Shown: positions 45,934-58,400 of the stretch, piece after piece
How positions within the stretch are numbered: position 1 is the first letter of the stretch
How the letters are laid out: every line of letters begins with the position of its first letter
DNA from: Macrostomum lignano
Lineage: Eukaryota
Direction: 5' to 3'
Length of the DNA stretch: 64,000 bases
Assembly: GCA_002269645.1 (NCBI GenBank)
Contig: NIVC01002293.1
Location: 1 to 64,000, forward strand
Position numbers and translations under genes: made by a program
Notes under the pieces: generated by a model
What the model was told of the DNA's origin: nothing
Database searches by the model: none
What the model saw: the letters and a program-made list of their open reading frames with translations, nothing else

Positions 45934-47079
45934 ATGCAGAGCCTGTCTCTCATCGCGGTGATCCTCTACAACTCGGTCCTGGCCGCGATCTTTGCTGTTG
46001 GCATCGTCGGGAACTGCCTGGTGATGGGCGTCATCTGCCGACAGCAGCACAGCAGCCGTTCCGTGACCAGCCTGTACCTGATGCACCTGGCGCTGGCTGA
46101 CAGCCTTCACCTGCTGTCAATTCCTCCGCTGATGTACACCAGCATCGTGGGCCAATGGAACTGGGGCTGGCTGCTGTGCAAGGTGTACTACATGCTAAAC
46201 TACACCAACTGGACAGTGTCAATCTACATAATCACCGCCATGAGCTTCGATCGCTACAAGGCGATGGTCTCGCCGTCGGCCAGACTGAGGACCCGAGCCT
46301 TCGCCAGCGTTGTCCTCGCCGCCATCTGGCTGATGGGCGCCCTGGTCATCAGCCCGACCTACCTGTGCGCCAGGGTGGAGTACTTCAACGACACCGTGCC
46401 GCACTGCACGCACACATCGCCGGATGCCTTCTCGGACGATCGGCTCAACGACACCAGATCCGACGCTGACTCGGACGAGGCCTCACGGCCGGCCAGTCCT
46501 GTGTACAAATTCTTCTCACACCCGGCCTACTTCATGCGCTACATGTTCGTGACCGGCTGCGTTCTGCCCGGCCTCCTGCTGTGCCTGTTCTACTCGCTCA
46601 TCACCTACCGCCTGTACCTGGCCAAGAGGGCTCAACGGAACGGCGGCGGCGAAGCGGTTCAGAGCTCAAGCGCGGCGGCCAGCACGCAATCGCAGGACCG
46701 GCTGGGCAAGGCCACCCTGCTGGTGGTTGCCGTGGTGATTTTCTATCTGGGCTGCTCGCTGCCGTACTGGGTGCATGTGAATGTCAGCCTGGCCACCGAG
46801 GCACCGATCACCTACTTGACCATCGTCAGCTCGCACGTGACCTCCCTGCTGACCTACGCCAGCAGCGCCGGCAATCCAATTCTCTACGCCTTCCTCAGCG
46901 GCCCGTTTCGCTCCGCCATGCGCGACCTCATGGACATCGGGCAGCTCAGGGCTCCCGTTGCCGACGCTGAAGACGCCGACGGGGCAAATGTCGGCGCCGG
47001 GGCGGCGCGAAACGCCGACGACGTGGGGGCGGCGGGCGCCGGCGCCATGCCGACAATAACAATCACCACAGACAGGTGA
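45934..47079 (+). CDS. Class A neuropeptide GPCR, somatostatin/allatostatin-C/opioid receptor-like (probable extra 3' exon to ~47655)
   Basis: GIVGN (TM1), LALAD (TM2), W.WG..LCK, MSFDRY, SLPYW (TM6), YASSAGNPILYAFLS (TM7). Strong donor AG|GTGAG at 47076 overlaps the stop codon. Confidence 0.9.
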   Translation: MQSLSLIAVILYNSVLAAIFAVGIVGNCLVMGVICRQQHSSRSVTSLYLMHLALADSLHLLSIPPLMYTSIVGQWNWGWLLCKVYYMLNYTNWTVSIYIITAMSFDRYKAMVSPSARLRTRAFASVVLAAIWLMGALVISPTYLCARVEYFNDTVPHCTHTSPDAFSDDRLNDTRSDADSDEASRPASPVYKFFSHPAYFMRYMFVTGCVLPGLLLCLFYSLITYRLYLAKRAQRNGGGEAVQSSSAAASTQSQDRLGKATLLVVAVVIFYLGCSLPYWVHVNVSLATEAPITYLTIVSSHVTSLLTYASSAGNPILYAFLSGPFRSAMRDLMDIGQLRAPVADAEDADGANVGAGAARNADDVGAAGAGAMPTITITTDR

Positions 47080-47089
47080 GGCATGGATG

Positions 47090-47390
47090 GGGCGGATTTC
47101 GGATTGAAGGAAGCGGATTTCGGATTGAAGGAAGCGGATTTCGGATTGAAGGGGGCGGATTTCGGATTGAAGGGAGCGGATTTCGGATTGAAGGGAGCGG
47201 ATTTCGGATTGAAGGAGGCGGATTTCGGATTGAAGGGAGCGGATTTCGGATTGAAAGGAGCGGATTTCGGATTGAAGGGGGCGGATTTCGGATTGAAGGG
47301 GGCAGATTTCAGATTGAAGGGGGCGGATTTTGGATTGAAGGGGGCGGGTTTCGGATTGAAGGGGCGTATTTCGGATTGAAGGGGGCAGAT
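47090..47390. repeat. 21-bp minisatellite (GGATTTCGGATTGAAGGGAGC)n
   Basis: Directly after the GPCR donor site; probably intronic. Confidence 0.93.
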
Positions 47391-48006
47391 TCCGGATGGA
47401 AAGGAGCGGTAGGAGCAAAGTGTTCACCAGCTGCCCACACCTCTGCAGCCGCTGCTCGGCGGTCCTGACGGTGACACGGGCTCGCCCACTGTCGGCCTGA
47501 CGACCTTCAACCGCTCCGAGGAGCCGCTGTCCTCCTCCTCCGGAGCCGCGAGTGTCGCTATCCTCGCCGGAACCTCCAGCGCCGCCGCCGCCGCCGCTGA
47601 AGTATCCGCATCTTCGGTGACATCCGGGCAGGTCATGGAAACTCGAATTGACTGACTTTGAGAATTCATGCGACTTAGGAAGCTGTTCCGTCATTCTATT
47701 GAACAGTAAACTGCTACAGAGCACATAAGGCTAAGTCACTGTGCGCTGTAATAAATTTCTGAGTACACAGCTACCTATTATGCTGTATGTGCGTTTCCTG
47801 TGAGACGTCTGTGTTTTTCTCCGTCTCCGTGATTTGTCGTCTATTTGCCCAACAATTTTTTTACTAATGGACATTTTTTGCACTTTTAACATCGCTCTCG
47901 TAAATAGGTCTGGGCGTATTGGGCTAAAAGTACTTCGGTGCTTTCTGTCTGCTGCAGATTCTGGACTGTTAAACTAAGGAAATTGGCGTTCTATGATGTA
48001 CGGAGA

Positions 48007-48320
48007 TGTCAGGAGTGTCAGCTGTTAGACAGGAGTGTCAGATGTCAGACAGGAGTGTCAGATGTCAGGCAGGAGTGTCAGATGTTAGATAGGAGTGTCA
48101 GATGTTAGACAGGAGTGTCAGATGTTAGACAGGAGTGTCAGATGTTAGACAGGAGTGTCAGCTGTTAGACAGGAGTGTCAGATGTTAGACAGGAGTGTCA
48201 GATGTCAGACAGGAGTGTCAGCTGTTAGACAGGAGTGTCAGATGTTAGACAGGAGTGTCAGATGTCAGACAGGAGTGTCAGATGTTAGACAGGAGTGTCA
48301 GCTGTTAGACAGGAGTGTCA
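48007..48320. repeat. 20-bp minisatellite (GTCAGATGTTAGACAGGAGT)n
   Basis: Same family as 25848-26432. Confidence 0.95.
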
Positions 48321-49383
48321 CAGCTATGGTGCACTATCAATACGCTGCCAGACTGTTTTTGTCTCGACCTAAATATATATAATTTGGTAATAAACTGAGA
48401 CTTCAAATAAATTCTAATGTTAAAGCTAATGCTAATCATAAAATAATTTTGCCAGTACTGACTTTGCGTTTGAAAAAATTGCCAGAAGAATTTCTTCATC
48501 GCATGCAGCTTGAGCAATCCGCACAGGTCTTCCTCTATTTCCTCCGAGGCTTCATCCGGGAGACTGCAATTGACGCCCCCCAGCCTCTCGGCCTCCCCCC
48601 CCCAATCCTTCATCGCTCCGGTCGGCAAGTCAGACATAATCCAATTTCACCGACTCGTCTTCGGTGACCCTCCTCTCCCAGCCTCCCGTGCTCTTCATCG
48701 ACTCGCTGTACTTTATCACTCTCTCTGTATGTTTGAGCGGCGCCCAGCCAGAAGCAGTTCGAGCTCTCCCTCTCGTCATGCCAATTAAAGGCCGCGAGCC
48801 CAGAATCCTCGAGCTCATTAACCAGTCCTCCCCTTCCCGGAGCTTCCTCCTGTACACCTACGGGTGTGTCGGCTCTAGCCAGCAGCCCAGCTTCACTAAT
48901 TCTGTTTTGTCTCGTTTTTTGGCGTATAAAACAGACTCGACCGCCGCTCGGGGGCCTCTGCCGAGCTGGAGAATTCAACCGCTTTATCACAGGGGGGGGG
49001 GCAGTCCGCCTGAGTCTTGTCAGTCTTGCCGGACTTTTAGAAGCTGCGATTGCGTCCCAGCCTTGAGAAGTGAAATAGCCAATGCAGATCAGTGGGATCT
49101 GGGAAGAGACAGAAATGGGATCCTGATCCCTACACCGCTGTCCTCTCCTTCCTCTATTCGCCCCGCCGCCCTCCCGCCTGAAATGCCGCCGCCTCAGCCA
49201 GAGTTGGGGATCCCCGGCCTCCAGCCGGAGTGAAATCCCTCCCTTACCCCGTCTATCCAAGACTCGCTCCCTCCGCTCTTCCTCTAGGAAACTCTTCCCC
49301 TCTCGCCGTGGCTCATTTTGCTTCATCTAGTCCAGAATCTTTTTTGACTTGGAGGCAGCGACAGCCCCCTAGCGGCTTCCTAC

Positions 49384-49964
49384 TGCAGCTGCGCTTTACT
49401 CACAGTCCAGCTGCGCTTTACTCACAGTTCAGCTGCGCTTTACTCACAGTCCAGCTGCGCTTTACTCACAGTCCAGCTGCGCTTTACTCACAGTCCAGCT
49501 GCGCTTTACTCACAGTCCAGCTGCGCTTTACTCACAGTCCAGCTGCGCTTTACTCACAGTTCAGCTGCGCTTTACTCACAGTCCAGCTGCGCTTTACTCA
49601 CAGTCCAGCTGCGCTTTACTCACAGTCCAGCTGCGCTTTACTCACAGTCCAGCTGCGCTTTACTCACAGTCCAGCTGCGCTTTACTCACAGTCCAGCTGC
49701 GCTTTACTCACAGTCCAGCTGCGCTTTACTCACAGTTCAGCTGCGCTTTACTCACAGTCCAGCTGCGCTTTACTCACAGTCCAGCTGCGCTTTACTCACA
49801 GTCCAGCTGCGCTTTACTCACAGTTCAGCTGCGCTTTACTCACAGTCCAGCTGCGCTTTACTCACAGTTCAGCTGCGCTTTACTCACAGTTCAGCTGCGC
49901 TTTACTCACAGTTCAGCTGCGCTTTACTCACAGTCCAGCTGCGCTTTACTCACAGTTCAGCTGC
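49384..49964. repeat. 22-bp minisatellite (CAGCTGCGCTTTACTCACAGTC)n
   Basis: About 26 near-perfect units. Confidence 0.97.
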
Positions 49965-50577
49965 GTGCAGTGCGACAGGCTACTCCCGTCTTAGGCAGGG
50001 GGAGCAGCCGCCTAATAATGACTAACCAGCTGCCTAATGGCTTCTGATCGAAAGCACAGCCAGTGAATAGGTTGCTATGGAGACGTCGGAACGCTATATT
50101 ATTTGGCAGCAATTTGCGATTACTCAGATGAAAAGTAGACGGCAGAATCCCCCCATTTAACCATTGAGGCCTCTGTAATTATCGGGGCCGGGGCGGACTG
50201 CCCGAGAAGAGTTGAAAAGCAAAAAATGAAATATCCAGGATCTTCCTTGATCCCCTCTGCCGTCTCTGAGGCACTCCCATCCCGGCCCTCTCAGCGCCGA
50301 TCCCCGCCTGACGCTCAAGGCTCAAGACACCCCTGCTGCCCAGCAACTGCGGGGGATTAAGAGCTCGGGATCGGGAATAGCGAGTCCGACCGGAGCCCCG
50401 CCCGCTCCGAGGAGAGCAGACGCGGAGACGGAACGGGCGGGCAAGGCGCAGGAGAAAAAAATTGCAAAAGAAGACAGCCCTCTCACGCATTTTGCTTTCA
50501 CAGCTATTTTCAGTCGGCGCTTTGCTGCAGCTCTGGCCGAGGAAAGAAGAGGAGAGCTGGGCTGCGGCTCTGAGAGC

Positions 50578-51741
<1,164 letters not shown>

Positions 51742-52405
51742 CAGTTATCAGTTAAGTGCATGCGTGTAATCATTTTACAAGATAATATTAACATAAGATT
51801 TATTGAAGCACCCATTCGCTATTAAGAGTTACCAGGACACAAAATAAGTTATCTAAACAGTCGTACCAGTGTAATTTGTTTCTAAATTTGTAATATTTCT
51901 TACAAAATTTCGCACGGTCACTGCAATTGAATTAAATAAAGTTAGATAAAAATACCTCGTATTATCGAGAGAATCACTGCCAGTCAGTCAGTTTACAGTG
52001 AGACAAAAATATTCATGGCTACGGGGCAACACAGAGCAGCATTACGTCAGCATTATCAAAAGAAAGCATTAGCTCTGAAAGAAAAATCTGTCTCACGCAA
52101 TAATGAGGAAAATTGTCACCGCCCACTAAATTGGGCGTGTCGGGGTTCGAGATCTCTTGCTAATCCCGCTGTGTCAGGGAACTGGGCCGATTTTCTGCTA
52201 AAGAAAACAGGCGACCCTCCTTTGACGCCACCTTGGATACATTTCCCTGCCTGTCAGGCTGGGGGAGCGGCAGCTGGGTGAAACTCAGGGTGGGGAAGGA
52301 AGGGGAATTAAGGGGAATAAACGGGGGGATTAGGGAGAATAATTTGGGGAAGGTGAGAAGACGGATGAGAACGCAGATCCCCCTGTGTATCAGTTACCCC
52401 AGTCT

Positions 52406-55400
52406 CTAAGCCTGCATCTGCGATGGCACCCGGCTGCTGCGCCCATCGGCTGCAAGGAAGTCCCTCACGCTGACCCTCTTGTACTGCCGCGCCTGGAGCA
52501 GCAGCTCCACAAAGCTCACGTGCTTGATGAGCTTCGTGTACGGCAGCGGGTCCAGATCCTCGCTGCCCAGCTGCTGGTAGATGGCGCCCAGCATTGGCCG
52601 GGTGAGGCACTCCTGGGTGACCTCCGTGTCCACCAGATCCGAGAAGTCGGTCGTGTCCTCAGTGATGTTGCGCCCGTAGCCCAGCACGTAGTAAACTGCG
52701 TCTATCTTCACCAGGCTGTCCTCGCAGTCAGCGGGCACCTGCGGGTCAGGATGGGGAACCACTCAGCTGGACCGCCAACCTTCCTCCCCTCAGCTCAGCT
52801 GGACCGCCACCCCTCCTCCCCTGAGCTCAGCTGGACCGCCACCCTTCCTCCCCTCAGCTCAGCTGGACCGCCACCCCTCCTCCCCTGAGCTCAGCTGGAC
52901 CGCCACCCCTCCTCCCCTGAGCTCAGCTGGACCGCCACCCTTCCTCCCCTCAGCTCAGCTGGACCGCCACCCTTCCTCCCCTGAGCTCAGCTGGACCGCC
53001 ACCCCTCCTCTCCTGAGCTCAGCTGGACCGACACCCCTCCTCCATTCAATTTATTTTAAACGCAGAAAACATGCTTTCAACAAGCCTTATTGTAAACAGA
53101 CTTTCAAGTTCCGGGGGTGGCACATTCAAGCACGCACTTTCGCTCACCCAGTCCCCCATTTAGAAAATAAAAAAATGCATTCGAACGTCTCTGCAGCTCG
53201 GCTTTAGAATTTTAGAACACAAGTGATTTTACTCTGTTCAAAGCGGATGAAAAACGGGAGGTGTTCATCCATAATCCGCATGACCTGCCCCCAAGGCGAA
53301 AACATTTCCACTCTTGAAATGACAACGGCTCCCGGTTGTTGAGAGCATCTCATTTCGAATATCGAATTCGAATTTGCTTCCGCTATTCAACAGGCAGGGG
53401 GCGGCAATTGAGATCGAGGATTCTAGGAATTCTCGTTCATCCCCGGCTCAATCCAATTCCCTCTTGTTGTGAGCGACTGCCACAGCGCCTTCCCGCCTTC
53501 AAGCAGCGCCTTCCCGAGTAACGTGGGCGTGGTGAACAGTGCGCGCCCGTCGGGTGTCAGGGGCGCCATGCATTTTGGGTGTCAGAGACCGCTAATTCGG
53601 GTGTCAGAGACCGCTAATTCGGGTGTCAGAGGCCGCTAATTTGGGTGTCAGAGGCCACCACTAACTTTGGTGTCAGAGGCGCCACTTTGGGTGTCAGGGG
53701 CGCTAAATTAGGCGCCAGAAGAAGAGCTAAAAGCGGCACCCAAGTATTTGGAAAACGGCCCACTTCGGGGCTGACCTCATCGGCTTGCGGCTCCACCGCG
53801 GTGAGCTCCTCGTAGCCGGCGATCGGGCAGTGGGGGATGTGCGAGTCGTTAGCCACGCTAAGCGCCCTCAGGAAGCCCACGTAGGGGCTGGGCGAAGCGG
53901 CGCAGTGCAGCAGCAGGTCCAGGTACGCCATTCGGCCCTCCTCGTTAGCGAAGAACTCGAACAGCAGATGCTTGAAGCCTTCAAGCCGGCTGATCTGCTT
54001 CGGCTTCGTCGGCTCCTCAGGCGTCGACGGCGGCGGCCCAGGGCTGAACCAGAGCTCAATAAAGTCGTACTGCTCCCTGGTCACATAGCCGCAGTCAGTT
54101 TGGTCAAGATCTTTGAACTTCAGCAGGGTGTCCAGCAGGTCTTGCTGGCTTGGCCACGGCCACGGCTGCGAGATGGCCAGCAGGAAGGCGCGCCAGGACA
54201 CGTACTCCTGATCCGATGACATGCTCTGGGCCAGCTCCTGCAGCTGGGCGGCGGTGCAGTGCTGCCACTGCTCTGGCAGGAGGTCCGGGTCCTGGTGAGA
54301 GTTCACCTCCTCCTGCGGATGGGTGCATTCAAAATTAACCATGAATAATGTTCGGTGGACAATTGGAATGGCAGTTGGTGGACAATTGGGATACAGTTGG
54401 TGGACAGTTCGAAGGAGCCCCAAAACAGCCAATCAAAGCATCGGTCACTCACCATCAGCACGCTGACAAACTCATTAATGGCCAGCAGGCCATCTGGCGC
54501 GACGCCCTTGAATCGGCCCAGCAGGTCGCGGATAGCTTTGATGGAGAACCAATCAGGCTCCAACTGTTCGACTGGCGGCGGTCGCACCGGCTTTGGTGGG
54601 TCTGGAACGACTTTGAATTCCTGGAAAATTGGCGCGAATTTGAAATTTCATTTAAAACGCGTTTTGACTGCTTAAAACTAAAATCTATTGCAGAAGAAAA
54701 TGAAAATTAAATGATAGAAAACAGAATAAAAAAGACAATAAATCATGTGCCTGCATTACAGTTCGTAGCTTTGTTTAACTTAATTGAGTTCAACTTAATG
54801 TATCCTCAGGTGTTGTTTTTCGTCACTTAGATGCTAAGTGCACTTAAAAAGGGTACAACATTTGGAAAGGCATTTCGAACAATAAAGTGCTGTTGTTAGG
54901 CCGTTATAGTTAGATTGTAGTGTGCAATGAGTGAAGCCATTTTCAATCGGGTTCATGAAAGTTTTTTGAAAAAAGGTAAATCCAGACTCTGGATGAGGTG
55001 GATCAATTCTTAAAATATTTCTGCACTTGGTGGTACAAAAGCAGGCAACTTCATGTATGTTAAACAATAGCATATACTTTAAAACTGTACCTCTTCTAAA
55101 ACCGTCACTTCCTCCTGCAAAATGCAAATTCGCATTGTTTCTACGTTGATGCTTTCATGCAGATTAAGAAAAGCTATATAGTTTTTAAGTTTCTTTATCA
55201 GGGCGGTGTAAGGAAGCCTTAGAAGGATCGTACATAGCAGTGCATGCACTCAAGAAAGGATTTAATTTGTGGGGTGGGTATTCATGCCTTTCAAGTGTAC
55301 GTTGGTTAAGAAATAAAATGTACATAGCTGGCCTGCGAGGAGAGTGAAAAATCGATGTAGGGGGGGGGGGGAGTCGCGACAATCCTCCCAAGGCCCAAAA

Positions 55401-58400
55401 CCCCAGTAGTTTACACTTGAAATTAGACAGCTAATACGGTCCTAGCTATAAATAGACAGACAGGATAATTTTATAGCTTAATTGACCTAATTTATTCACT
55501 TAAACTTAGCAAACCGATAATAAAGCCCAACATTTTATTTTACTACCCCCCCAATTTGACTGCCAATGCCGAGTGCCGACCATATCGGTTTAGGATTTGG
55601 GTTTGGGTTTGGGTCGGTCGGCCCTCGGCAGTCCATTTGTGACAGTCAAACTGGGCACTGTCTGGGCAGTCGAATCCTGACCTGATCCAGTCAATCTGAT
55701 AGAGAAACTACCAGTGCTCCGCGGATAGCTAAAAAGCGAAGACACGACTTTGAAGTCACGCCAGTCGCCAGTTGATCTAAACCTTTTACGAGCTGCAGTG
55801 AAGTTTTGGATAGAAACTATCCAGATTTTTTACAGTTATTTACAATTACATCTGCTCCCATTAGATTATGACTTATGAGTTATGAAACAAGTAGAGAATT
55901 CACCCCCCTCACCGAATTGAGCAGGAAGTCGCTGGCTGACAGCTCCAGGCGTTCCACAATGGGTCCCCGCGACTCGATGGCGTGCCTGATCAGCTCGCAA
56001 GCCTGATCAATAAGCTCGCTCTCGCGCAGCAGCCGGGCCCCGATCCAGTCAGCCAGATCCTTGCTGGCTAGCTCTTGTTTCTGCTTCAGGTCCTGAAGGA
56101 CACGGGCAGCCACAGCGACGCACAACTCCATGCGGGCTCGCGCCGCCCTGGCCTCGTGCTCCAGCGAGTAAAAGTACTCTTCTCGCATCCGCTCCTTCGT
56201 CAGTCTGCGGGCCTGCTCTTCCTCAGTTTCTAGCGGCTCCGCGGCTGGGTCCGGCGTCGCCGCCTCCGCCTCTCCGGCCGGCGCCGGCGCCGCCTTGCCG
56301 CCGTCCTTTTTGGCGCCCTTCTTCGGACTGGGCGATCGGCTCTTGCCGCCCTTTTTGCCGCCGCCGCCCTTCTTGCCGCCGCCTTTGGCGGCCTCTTTCA
56401 CCGCCTTCTCGCGTTCGCGCTCCTTCTCGAGAAGCCGCTGCCGCTCGGCCTCCTCCTCGGCCTCCTTAGCCGCGAGCTCCTGGCTGACAAAGAACGCAAT
56501 CTGGCTGACGCCCGCCCAAAAAGCATCAAAGACGATTCGCGCGTCTGGGTCCGAGGGCGCCGCCGGCGTCTCCAGCCGCTCGGCCTTTTTGTCCTTCTTG
56601 CCGCCGCCGCCGCCTCCGCCGCCGCCGGCGCCTTTCTCTTTGCCGACTTTGAACTGCGCCTGCAGGGCCTCCTTGAACTCGGCTAGGGTGGGCGCCTGGC
56701 CTAGCACAGGGATCCTGTCGCGGTGCGAAACGGGATGGAAGATGTTTAAGCTTGTAGTCGTGAAAAACTTCAATAAAAATAAAAAGCAATAAAAATTCCT
56801 GTTGCGTGAATTGCTCAATGTTCGCAACTCACTACTGACAGGGAATATGCAATGCAATTTACGGAATGACTAATCTAGGCATGCTCGTCATTGGTTTCGG
56901 CTAAGTATTTCAACGAAAAATAGAAATCAAAGAGCTAATAATCACGTTAACAAAACATTTTCAGGAAAATCAGGAAGCTACATAAGGGAGGTGGAGGGAG
57001 TTAACGAACTGACTTAGCGGAGTATAAAGGTTGGTGCCCATGTTAAATGACAGGTGCCTGTCGCAGAGCCCGCTGGTAGAAGGAAATGCAGATGCATCCG
57101 AGATCTGCTTGACAACCTGCTGGAAGATTTGGAAGCCTCCAAGCTCAGGCTGAGACTGCCGCCTGTCCCAGATGCTACAGAAGCCGTCTGCTGCTGCTGC
57201 TGTTGCTGCCGCTTCTGCCGCCGTCGGCCCGCCGGCCCCCTGGGTGGTGCGCGCCATCCGCCAGCAGCGGCGGCCGCCGACTTCAATGCATCGGCCAGCG
57301 ACGTGGCCGACGGCCGACGCCGGAGCAGCTCGGCAGTGACGGAGGCGGCGGTTCGCAGCGTGGCCTCCCGCCAGCTGGCGAGGTCCAAGGAGGTGCCACT
57401 CAGGCTGCTGCTGCTGCGATTAGTAATAAGACTGCCGCCAAGCTGCTGAGGCCGCTGGCGCTGCGCCTCAGCCGATGGTGTTGCTTTGGCGATCTCGTCG
57501 CCGTTGGGGACAACGCATTCGACATTAATTTCGTGCTCGAGATCGGAGTCTTCGGGCTCCATTGGCGCTACGAAAAATGTGATTCTGCAGGAGCATCCCG
57601 CCGAGAATTAGTAGTTTGTGGTTGGTCTTTTTGACTGTCTTTTACACACGTTTGACTATCAGGTTTTATTGATGCTGATTTCTGTTAGTAGCGAGCGCGA
57701 ATTTCAACACGTTAGTTTGTATTAGTGCAGCTCACTCCGGGGACTGGGAGGAAAGAAGTAGTGTCAGCTCACACCAGGGACTGGGGGAGTGATGGCAGCT
57801 CACACCAGGGACTGGGGAGTGATGGCAGCTCACACCAGGGACTGGGGGAGTGATGGCAGCTCACACCAGGGACTGGGGGAGTGATGGCAGCTCACACCAG
57901 GGACTGAGAGGGATGAGTGGTGGCAGCTCACACCAGGGACTGAGAGGGAGGAGTGGTGGCAGCTCACACCAGGGACTGAGAGGGAGGAGTGGTGGCAGCT
58001 CACACCAGGGACCGGATTAGAAGTGATGAGGCACACCAAGTTTCTTGAGACTCCTTCACACTATTGGAGGTTGCAGCGACGTCTTAAACTGCTATAAACT
58101 GGTCCCTGTCATACCCGAACAAGTAAACTCTTACTTGGTCCTAAACATGGCCTCTATCTCCTCATCCGTGAGCTCCCTGGCCTCGTCCACCGGCTCTTTG
58201 TTCTTGCCGCCGCCGCCTGCTTTCTTCGCCACCGGACTGGCCGCTTTGGCCGGCGACTGGTGGCGCGACGAGCCTCGGGACGAGCCGTCGCCGGACCTGG
58301 CCGGGTCGCGCTCGTACGGCAGTTCGACGATGGGCAGCCGCAGGAAGTCCGGCTTGTACGGCTCCGGGATTGGCGTGTCCATGCCTTTGTAGTAGTCCTT

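Noticed and set aside
53450-53570. Extra SPEF2 exon (GRALFTTPTLLGKALL...)
   Set aside because: Exons 54312-53776 and 52738-52406 already join in phase and follow the homology; no good acceptor.
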